DNA of 64,000 bases from contig JAHRWB010000001.1 in NCBI GenBank assembly GCA_019090385.1, forward strand, positions 10,484 to 74,483, read 5' to 3'. The position numbers and the translations under genes are program-made. This DNA is from Pseudomonadales bacterium. Its GTDB lineage: Bacteria; Pseudomonadota; Gammaproteobacteria; Pseudomonadales; Azotimanducaceae. This document shows positions 39,673-48,456 of the stretch, in pieces. A model generated the notes under the pieces. That model ran no database searches. It worked only from the letters and a program-made list of their open reading frames with translations, and had not been told where the DNA came from. Each line of letters begins with the position of its first letter. Within the stretch, counting starts at the first letter, position 1.

Positions 39673-39826
39673 ACTAAGTCACCCTACATAACATTCCAGA
39701 AGCACTATACGATTTAAGAGTTTCAAAATTAATAACTTTGGTAAAAATGAGAACGTAAGGCAGACCGAGGGCACAAATCCACGGTCTGCCATGGTTAACC
39801 GGACAAGCAGTTTCTGCCTATCTGGG

Positions 39827-41635
39827 CTAAGTAAGCTCCAGCCCTTTCAGATCGCCAGTATTTCGCCAGTTTTCCATCAATTCAAAAAACCGCATGGAGT
39901 TACCGCCATACTGGCTGTTTTTAGCGTTTTTTTCCTCGTTTCTGCCCTCGTTATTATAATAACCCGGCGTACATTCTGCATAGAAACGCTGTCCCATGTG
40001 AGCCAGCTTGACAATAGTTTCAACCCATTCTGCCTGGGCTTCTTCTGAAGCTTCGATAACACGATAATTCCCGTCCAGCGCATGCCTAATAATGTAAGAG
40101 AGATGCTTAGCCTGCTCATTGAGTGCATGGGGATAATTAGCGGTAAATCCCGTTTGCGCCCCACCCCCCATAATAAAGCAGTTGGGGAACCCGCGCGAAT
40201 GCATACCATGCAAGGTTTCAACACCATCTTCCCAGCGCTCGGTGAGACTTTGCCCATCACGACCATATACCTCAAACCCTGAACGACGGGCGTATTCCGT
40301 ACCTACCTCAAACCCCGTGGCAAAAACCAGGCAATCGATTTCGTACTCTTTACCATTCGCAACCACACCTTTTTCAGTGATCCGCTCTACGCCTTGACCT
40401 TGTGTATCCACAAGGGTCACATTCGATCGATTAAAAGACTGCAGGTATTCATCGTGGAAGCAAGGGCGTTTACAAAACTGCCTATAATAAGGCTTTAAGG
40501 CCTCGGCAGTTTCTGAATCATTAACCACAGTATCGGCACGCGCCCGAACTTGTTGCATTTTTTGGAAATCTGCCAGCTCCATTTTTTCAGCAAGTTCTGT
40601 TTTGGAAAGACCAGAATTCTTTTTCTTTTCTATTTTTATCAATAGTAGAAGGTTACGGATTATTTCAGTCCAGCCATCGTTCACCAAATCCTCATCAGTT
40701 ACGCCACCACTAACAAGGGTGTTAAAATTATCCATACGATGTTGATGCCAACCGGGTTCCAAGGAATTAACCCACTCCTGGTCAGTTGGCTGGTCGTTAC
40801 GCACATCGATAGACGAAGGCGTACGCTGGAATACATATAATTCTTTAGCCGCTGCGCCAATATGTGGCACACATTGAACAGCAGTAGCACCCGTGCCCAA
40901 AACGCCTACACGCTTACCTTCTAAACCAGTCAGATTACCGCTGGAATCGCCACCAGTATAACCGTAATCCCAACGACTGGTGTGAAACGAATGGCCTTTA
41001 TAAGTCTCAATGCCGGGAATACCGGGCAATTTTGGGCGATTCAATGGACCGTTTGACATAGCGACAAAGCGCGCCTTCATACGATCCCCCTGATTGGTAT
41101 GTATGGTCCACATTGAGCTTTCATCATCCCAATGCATCTCAGTCACTTCAGTTTGAAAACAGGCGTTATCGTACAAATTATAGTGACGCCCAATAGCCTG
41201 GCTATGTGCCAATATTTCAGCACCATCGGAAAATTTGCGCTTAGGCATATAGTCCAGCTCTTCGAGCAGAGGTAAATATACATATGACTCAATATCGCAG
41301 GCCGCACCCGGGTAACGATTCCAATACCAGGTACCACCAAAATCCGCGCCTTTCTCAATCATGCGAATGTCTTTTACACCCTGCTCTCGCAATTTTGCAC
41401 CGGCCAACAAGCCGCCAAATCCACCCCCAATAATTGCAACCTCTACTACATCTGTTAGCGGCTCTCGTTTAATTTCCTTTCCTACATAAGGATCTTCAAC
41501 ATAATGGGCAAATTCACCCTCCACTTCCTGATATTGTTGATTACCGTCATCACGAATTCGTTTATCACGTTCCGTTCGATACTTCTGACGTAGTTCGTCA
41601 GGGTCAAAACCCAAATCCAATGCTGAATCGCTCAT
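39827..41635 (-). CDS. Type I Baeyer-Villiger monooxygenase (FAD/NADPH-dependent)
   Basis: 602 aa with Rossmann motifs IIGGGFGGL and VLGTGATAVQ. The BVMO fingerprint is Y-K-G-HSF-H-TSR-W-D (FxGxxxHxxxW type), alongside GGTWYWNRYPGAACD. Confidence 0.9.
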   Translation of the reverse strand: MSDSALDLGFDPDELRQKYRTERDKRIRDDGNQQYQEVEGEFAHYVEDPYVGKEIKREPLTDVVEVAIIGGGFGGLLAGAKLREQGVKDIRMIEKGADFGGTWYWNRYPGAACDIESYVYLPLLEELDYMPKRKFSDGAEILAHSQAIGRHYNLYDNACFQTEVTEMHWDDESSMWTIHTNQGDRMKARFVAMSNGPLNRPKLPGIPGIETYKGHSFHTSRWDYGYTGGDSSGNLTGLEGKRVGVLGTGATAVQCVPHIGAAAKELYVFQRTPSSIDVRNDQPTDQEWVNSLEPGWHQHRMDNFNTLVSGGVTDEDLVNDGWTEIIRNLLLLIKIEKKKNSGLSKTELAEKMELADFQKMQQVRARADTVVNDSETAEALKPYYRQFCKRPCFHDEYLQSFNRSNVTLVDTQGQGVERITEKGVVANGKEYEIDCLVFATGFEVGTEYARRSGFEVYGRDGQSLTERWEDGVETLHGMHSRGFPNCFIMGGGAQTGFTANYPHALNEQAKHLSYIIRHALDGNYRVIEASEEAQAEWVETIVKLAHMGQRFYAECTPGYYNNEGRNEEKNAKNSQYGGNSMRFFELMENWRNTGDLKGLELT

Positions 41636-41855
41636 AATGTAAACCCCTCATATAGTAAGACTCGCTTACAACTTTCTCATAAGCGCCAATGAGAATGCAA
41701 CTACAACACATTGCAAGCACAACACGCAGTACACTCAATCCAGCGAAAGTCGTATATGCTTTGTTTTTATCAGAACTGAGCGAATTGTTGAGTGTGGATT
41801 TCCAAGGTAGCACTGGTATAAATTTTATGATACTTACAAACAAAAGGAGCTAAAT

Positions 41856-42668
41856 ATGAAACTAGAGGGAAAAGTTGCCATCGTAACAGGCGCAAGCGCC
41901 AATATCGGAGGCACGCTGGCAAGGGGACTGGCTCGGGAAGGAGCCAAAGTAGCCTGCAACGATATTAACCCCGAAACTGCTCAAAACACAGCCGATATGA
42001 TTGTGCGTGAAGGCGGTGAAGCAATGATAATTCCTGGAGATGTTACCGACGAGTCCTTTGTTAAGTCGGCGGTGCAACAGGTTATCGATAAATGGGGGCA
42101 TGTAGATATTCTGGTCAACAATGCCGTCAAGTTCATTACCAAGGGCATCCTTGATATGAGCACCGAAGAATTCAATGAGCAAATGCAGATTATTACTACC
42201 GGTGCCTTTTTGTTTTCGAAATACACTGCTCAGGAAATGATAAAAGCCGGCAACGGCGGTGCAATGGTTAACATATTGTCCACGGCTGCGTGGCAAGGCC
42301 AACCCGGCAATATCGGTTATTGTACCGGCAAGAGTGCAATGATTAATTTCACGCGATCAGCAGCCATGGAGTTTGCGGAGCACCATATTCGGGTAAATGC
42401 AATCACGCCAACTGCCACTATGCCAGACGATCCCGCCAAACGAGCCATGATGGATAATTACATTGCCTCTGGAAAATGGAAAGATCAGAAGTTCCCGCTG
42501 ATTATGCCCTTCACAGAAGTTGCACCCATGAAGGAAGTGCCTGGACCATCAGACTATGTGCCCACACTTATTTTGCTGGTTTCAGAAGACGGCAGAATGA
42601 TAAACGGCACCAACATCTCTGTTGATGCTGGTGCAACGGCAAAATACTGGTTGTGGAATCCGAAATAA
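41856..42668 (+). CDS. Short-chain dehydrogenase/reductase (SDR)
   Basis: 270 aa with TGASANIGG, NNAV and the catalytic YCTGKSA (YxxxK). The RBS is AAAAGGAG. Confidence 0.9.
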   Translation: MKLEGKVAIVTGASANIGGTLARGLAREGAKVACNDINPETAQNTADMIVREGGEAMIIPGDVTDESFVKSAVQQVIDKWGHVDILVNNAVKFITKGILDMSTEEFNEQMQIITTGAFLFSKYTAQEMIKAGNGGAMVNILSTAAWQGQPGNIGYCTGKSAMINFTRSAAMEFAEHHIRVNAITPTATMPDDPAKRAMMDNYIASGKWKDQKFPLIMPFTEVAPMKEVPGPSDYVPTLILLVSEDGRMINGTNISVDAGATAKYWLWNPK

Positions 42669-42787
42669 TAAGCAGACAATTGAGAGATAGGCGTGTCAAG
42701 AGAGCCAGGATAAACATCCACCGATTTAATCAAAACCTGGCTCTACTTCCGTGCTTTTTGATTTTTGCTCCCTGCACTTTGCTCTGA

Positions 42788-45178
42788 TTACTGTCCCATG
42801 CGATAGCTGAGGTCAAGGCCGAACCGGCGCGGCTCCCCCCAATGCTTGCTAACAGTACCTGTGGGAGAGGGGCCACTGGAAAAATCATGAGCTGAGCTGA
42901 AGTATTCCCGGTCCAGCAAATTGCTACCCCACAATGACAAAGAAGTACTACCACCCGGAAAATTGTAAGTAAAGCGCGCATCCATCAAGCCATATTTACC
43001 CTGCCGCGAGGTAGGCAACGTTTCAATAGTCCCGTAAGTTCTACCTCGAAACGACCAGCCCAAATTTGCAAAATAACTGCCGCCATTTCCAAACACTGCA
43101 ATGCGCTCCACACTTATACTGTAAGTATAAGGTGCACCATCGATGGCTTCCATGCCAGATAGATCACGTATAAGAATACTTTCCTCAAAATCTGGCGGAG
43201 GTCCAGTAATATTATCTGCAACGGTAAATTCTTCGTACTCCCCGTCAAGCCAGCCAAACGATGCCTGCACACTCCAGCCATCTCCGAACAACAGTGAAGC
43301 CTCTCCCTCCAAACCGTAAAGTACTGTCTCTTGTGCGTTGATCAAATCAGCAGTCGGATTACCGTCTACCAGGCGAGACACTGTCAATTGCTGCTCTTTA
43401 TAGGTATTGTAAAATCCAGTCAAATTCAGCAGAAGACGTCTATCCAGCCAGGTGGATTTCAACCCGGCTTCCCAGTTCCCAGAGCTTTCTGGCTTGTATG
43501 CCCGCATGCGCACATCCTGGTTAAAGCCACCGCTTGAATAGCCCTCGCTCCAGCCACCGTATATCATCACATCTTCATTAATTTTGTAGCTAAGAATTGC
43601 CCGCGGCGTCAACTCATTGAATTTCTTGCTTACTTCACATGTTGTACCACCTTCTGGCAAGCCACCATCCGGACAAATCAAGCGAGGATCAGGAATGCCC
43701 GCAGAAAGTATCTCGGTACGAACAAATTCCCGGTCGTCTTCACTGAATCGCGCCCCCAGAGTCAGCGATAAATCCTCTGTGAGAGCAAATGTACCTTCTC
43801 CGAATACTGCCCAGGATGCATTTTTTGCTTCAATTGTGCGCACACTACTGCCACCAAATTGTATAGCCAGAGCAAAGTCACCCAATGTGGAGAAACCAGG
43901 AATGCCTGAAGGGAGACAAAATACTGGCCATACTGCACAGTCTGGCGCTTCAACGCCGCGAAAAAGCGGGACTTCCAAATAGTTTGCAGCGTTTTCCTCA
44001 AACACATGGGCCCCAACAACCCATTCAAGCCGATCCTCGAAAGCACTGCCCGCCAGGCGCAGTTCCTGGGACCACTGATCGCCCCTGTTATCACGTACGC
44101 CCAGCACCTCCAAAAATGAAGCACTGCCAACAGTATCGCTGGCAAAACCCCATGATCCATTAAAATCTTCTATTTCCCGATAAGAGGTAATAGAAGTCAA
44201 TTCTGCAAAGTTCAAATCAATGGTCATATTTAAAGACACACCCCACCCATCAACATCACTGTCTGCAGGATCGTTTTCAGATGATTTGTAGGGTTGAGTC
44301 GCGTTACAGGTATCCCGAATTTCATCATAGACACCAAATATAAAGGCAACGCTTGGCAATAAACTGGTCGCCAGTGCACCGTTATCAGGCTGCGCCCATT
44401 CACAACTACCAAGACCACTTTTTTCTCTTACCCGCTGCACATCTGCAATAAACAAGGCATCAAACTTATCATTGGGTGCCCACAGTGCCGAGAAGCGCAG
44501 ATTTTGAGCATTTTCATCGTTCCAGTCTTGCCCAGTACCGGTATTTTCAACAAAACCCTCTGATTCTCGGTGCTGAAATGCCAATCTCATTGCCAGATCT
44601 TCTGTCACTGGAATGTTCAACATACCTTCAAAATGCAAAATATCGTCATTACCCGCGCCAGCAGTCATTGCCCAATCCAGTTCCTCCTAGGGTTTATTGC
44701 TAATCACATGAATCAGCCCTGCTGTGGTATTTCGCCCAAATAAAGTACCTTGAGGGCCGCGCAATACTTCCACTCGCTCAATATCCATCAAATCAAATAT
44801 CGCACCCTGGGGACGACCCAGATATACACCATCTACATAGATACCAATTTTGGGGTCCTGGGTAGGAATCCAGTTAGTTTGGCCAATGCCCCTGAGAAAC
44901 ACACTCGCAGAGTTTTTATTGGCAACCGACTCCTGAAAAGAAAGGTTGGGGATAATTCGACTAAGATCTCGCATGTCTTCAGAAACACGACTTATTAACT
45001 GCTCACCGCTAAAGTTAGAAACAGGTATGGGTACGTCCTGAACCGACTCCTCTCGTCTACGCGCAGTAACGAGGACTTCTTCGATTATATTTCGAGCCCC
45101 GGTTTCCGCCCTGGCTTCCAATGGCAATATCAGTAAAACTACCACAAGTAAAAAGGTACTGTAGTTTATCCTTTTCAT
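42788..45178 (-). pseudogene. TonB-dependent receptor interrupted by a single in-frame TAG
   Basis: The N-terminal ORF (44687-45178) has a signal peptide plus a plug domain (EEVLVTARRREES, IERVEVLRGPQGTLFGRNTTAG). The C-terminal ORF (42788-44668) is a beta-barrel ending in the terminal LDLSYRMGQ. My reading of 44666-44700 gives ...ISNKP-TAG-EELDWAMTAGAGND, all in one frame. Confidence 0.8.
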
Positions 45179-45276
45179 AACTTCCCTTATCCACGGTAGA
45201 AATTTTTTAAATGTAGATTTCTCGCCTTGTACCGCTCCTTATATCCATTCTTTAACGCTGTTCCTTTGCCAGAATG

Positions 45277-45296
45277 TTGTTGGATATATCCAACAA
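45277..45296. promoter_or_regulatory. Perfect 20-bp palindrome TTGTTGGATATATCCAACAA, a candidate operator
   Basis: Read directly; it is exactly self-complementary. It lies ~100 bp upstream of the TonB-dependent receptor start at 45178. Confidence 0.5.
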
Positions 45297-45477
45297 TGTA
45301 TATTTTTGCACGTTAAAGGTAGCAGATGCAAAACCTGGCAAGCTCCCGCAACCTATTAAGTATGCCATTCAGCAAAGCAGCTAGACTATCTGCGGGAAAA
45401 TCACCACCCTAAAGCATAGCACCAAAGAAATTTCTGTCCTGCTTGAGGGAATAGTATTTGACCAATCAACCCTGGAA

Positions 45478-47055
45478 TCATAGTGCTGGCTCAACATCCA
45501 TCACCCCTGGCAAAGCGTCTCCCTCTGCCGACAGCAAACTCTCATATTCAGGACGAACAAGAGGTGTTGGAAACACCACCTCCATAGGTTCCGGGATGCC
45601 TTGCGCGTTGATGATTTGCGCATGCTTTCGCATCAACAGCCGGGGTTCCTCGACACCACAGGAATGAGAGATAACGCCCACCTCAGAGGATAAGTTCTTT
45701 GCAAAATTGGCCACTCGCTCAGACTTGTCAGCAGGATCTAAACCTCTTTGCAAGGCTATGTTATGCGTTGTGATACCTGTCGGGCAGGTATTTTTATTAC
45801 ACTGCAAGGACTGAATACAACCCATGGCAAACATAAATCCGCGCGCAGAAGTTATGAAATCTGCTCCCATACTCAGCGCCCAGGCTACATCAGCCGGGTT
45901 AATCAATTTCCCCGAGGTAATCACCTTAATACGGCCTTTAAGGTTATATTCGACAAGCTTATCCACTACCAAAGGCAAACTGCGACGAATAGGTAAGCCC
46001 ATAAAATCGATTAAACTCTGAGGTGCCGCTCCCGTTCCACCGTCGGCACTATCAATGGTGATAAAATCCGGAGCATATTCAAAACCCCGACGATGGATGG
46101 TCGCGAACATTTCATCCAGCCAGCTGCTTTCTCCGATCACAGACTTAAAACCCGTAGGCTTTCCGGTAATTGTGCGAATGTGCAGAATTTTATCGAGCAG
46201 ATCATCTATACAATGGATATCTGTATGTCCATTGGGACTTATAGAGTCTAAACCGGCTGGGATACCCCGAATGCTGGCTATCTCTTTGGTGACTTTTGTT
46301 CCCGGCAAAATACCCCCTTTGCCCGGTTTGGCACCCTGACTCATTTTTATCTCAATCATTTTCACTTGCGGGTAGGCTGCTATGTTTTTTAGCTTTTCAT
46401 CAGACAGACCGCCATCGGGAGTACGCACACCATATTTTGCAGTACCGATTTGAAAGACAATATCGCAACCTCCTTCCAAGTGATGCGGAGATAAGCCTCC
46501 CTCGCCAGTATTCATCCAGATGCCCGCTTTTGCCGCTCCAGCAGATAAAGCACGCACAGCGGGCGCCGATAAGGCCCCGTAACTCATGCCCGAAATATTT
46601 ACCAGAGACGCTGTCGTATAAGGCTCCTCCGCAAAATTTTCACCAATAGTGATCGCAGCAGGTGCTTGTGCATCCTCACTTAGAATCGGGAACAAATCAT
46701 TCAAATACAAAATGTCCCCGGGTTGGTTCAAAGGGCGAGTCGAACCAAAAGCCACGGTTGAATCAATATTTTTTGCAGCCCGGTATATCCAGGAACGACG
46801 GGCACGATTAAACGGCAGTTCTTCGCGATCCTGGGCAAAGAAATATTGTCTAAAAAATTCACCCATATGCTCAAAAAAATATCTGAAGCGCCCAACGATG
46901 GGATAGTTTCTTCGGATCGTCTGCTTGGTTTGTGTCACATCTGCAAGATAGAGGTACGTAAGCACCAGTAACCCTACACCCAGAAAAAAGACAAAAAGAA
47001 GTGCGCTAATCTCCAACACGTTGATAGCAAATGTTTTTAAAAAATCAATATCCAT
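45478..47055 (-). CDS. FMN-binding glutamate synthase-family protein (GltB FMN-domain-like), membrane-anchored
   Basis: 525 aa with an N-terminal TM helix. Blocks ISGMSYGALS, KMSQGAKPGKGGILPG, DSADGGTGAAP and GKLINPADVA match the GltS FMN-binding domain. Confidence 0.85.
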   Translation of the reverse strand: MDIDFLKTFAINVLEISALLFVFFLGVGLLVLTYLYLADVTQTKQTIRRNYPIVGRFRYFFEHMGEFFRQYFFAQDREELPFNRARRSWIYRAAKNIDSTVAFGSTRPLNQPGDILYLNDLFPILSEDAQAPAAITIGENFAEEPYTTASLVNISGMSYGALSAPAVRALSAGAAKAGIWMNTGEGGLSPHHLEGGCDIVFQIGTAKYGVRTPDGGLSDEKLKNIAAYPQVKMIEIKMSQGAKPGKGGILPGTKVTKEIASIRGIPAGLDSISPNGHTDIHCIDDLLDKILHIRTITGKPTGFKSVIGESSWLDEMFATIHRRGFEYAPDFITIDSADGGTGAAPQSLIDFMGLPIRRSLPLVVDKLVEYNLKGRIKVITSGKLINPADVAWALSMGADFITSARGFMFAMGCIQSLQCNKNTCPTGITTHNIALQRGLDPADKSERVANFAKNLSSEVGVISHSCGVEEPRLLMRKHAQIINAQGIPEPMEVVFPTPLVRPEYESLLSAEGDALPGVMDVEPAL

Positions 47056-47599
47056 GACTCATAACCCCCTCTTTCTATTTTTTTAAATTCGACCACTCGC
47101 TACTCACACAAATAAGTATCATTGCCCTAATCGACTTGTGAACCAATTTTGGACTATCTATAAAGACCCTCTATATTGATCTTTGTCCAGGTTTCTATTG
47201 GATCAGCTTGCCACTAATCATAATCATGTTGGTAGCAATGTTTTTCTGCCCATCTGCAAATTGGTTGGGTAGCAATTGCCGCCAGGAGCGAAGAATTTAC
47301 TTCCGAAAGAACCATCAGCAGCATCGAAAGACTCACGGTCATTAAAAGCATTCTGCAAGAGCATGGTAACTATGAATGGCTCACCAAAAATGAATCCGCT
47401 GCATCAACCACCGCATAGTAGGCATCAGCCCATTTTCCCCAAATATCTGTTCTTACATTCCCAATATACCGATACTCACAGTTTTTTGAGACCCCTGATC
47501 TCCATATCTCATTGATTTTTAATAAAATAATATTTGGCACATTCTATGCTATGTCTTAAGAATAGAAATTATATAAGCAATAACGCAAGGAGAAAGCCA

Positions 47600-48031
47600 A
47601 TGAGACAGCACCTACCCCCTTTTACCCGGGAAACAGCCTTGCAAAAAGTTAAAGCTGCAGAGGACGCATGGAATAGCCGCGACCCGGAGCGGGTTGCCGA
47701 AGCCTATAGTGAAAACTCCGACTGGCGCAATCGTGACAACTTTTTCAGTGGCCGTGTGAAAATAAGGGACTTCTTGAAGAAAAAATGGGAAAGAGAGCTG
47801 CACTACCGACTTATGAAAGAGCTGTGGTCATTTGCGGACAACCGCATATCAGTACGCTTTGAATATGAGTGGCAGGATTCAAATAATGGACAATGGTATC
47901 GCACACATGGAAATGAACACTGGGAATTTGACAAACAAGGTTATATGCGCCGCCGAGATATGAGCGCCAACGATATTCCTATACTTTCAGAAGAGCGCCG
48001 CATTGGAGTAAATGCAGAAACGAAAACTTAA
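47600..48031 (+). CDS. DUF1348 (NTF2/SnoaL-like fold) protein
   Basis: The ATG at 47600 is preceded by AAGGAGAAAG. The sequence [52 protein letters not shown]...ELHYRL matches the conserved DUF1348 pattern. Confidence 0.8.
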   Translation: MRQHLPPFTRETALQKVKAAEDAWNSRDPERVAEAYSENSDWRNRDNFFSGRVKIRDFLKKKWERELHYRLMKELWSFADNRISVRFEYEWQDSNNGQWYRTHGNEHWEFDKQGYMRRRDMSANDIPILSEERRIGVNAETKT

Positions 48032-48456
48032 ATAAAGAACCATCAATCTAGCAACGTAATAAAAATACGGAAAGAATCATGTTTATCCTTTATACAATAC
48101 TGCACACCATTGGACTCATAACTTTAAACAATTTTCATAGCTTAGGTAAGAATATAGAACGAAAACTGTCGAGTATTATGTGCCCTCCAATTAACAACGA
48201 TTGGCTAAATGTGAACACACAGAAGAGCCATTTCGTTGGCATAATTATCAAAGTTATTGCATTAACCACACCAATGACCACGGTTGCAGCCCTGGGGCAA
48301 ACCACTGCCAGCATTGCCATCGGTATGGGATTACTGGCTTTAGCACGTACTTTGCGAACGAAGGCATTTGTCTCTTGCTCATCAAGGGATCACGCATAAA
48401 TCCGACAACAAGGAAAATATCAATGATACTGAAGCAAATTAAGTATTTTTTTGCCG

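Noticed and set aside
39759-39790. Hairpin GGCAGACCG-N14-CGGTCTGCC downstream of BVMO-1. A similar 9-bp stem occurs at 42701-42744.
   Set aside because: The stems are perfect, but the loops are long (14 and 26 nt) and there is no adjacent T-tract. They are possibly weak terminators or mRNA-stability elements, not strong enough to annotate.
44687-44689. In-frame TAG as a pyrrolysine or programmed-recoding site
   Set aside because: No pyl genes or recoding signals are visible in the window, and the host looks proteobacterial. A nonsense mutation or sequencing error is far more parsimonious.
47276-47515. 79-aa plus-strand ORF in the long intergenic region
   Set aside because: The translation is Pro/Ser/His-rich and low-complexity, with no RBS. 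The minus strand looks more coding-like, so I did not call it as a gene.
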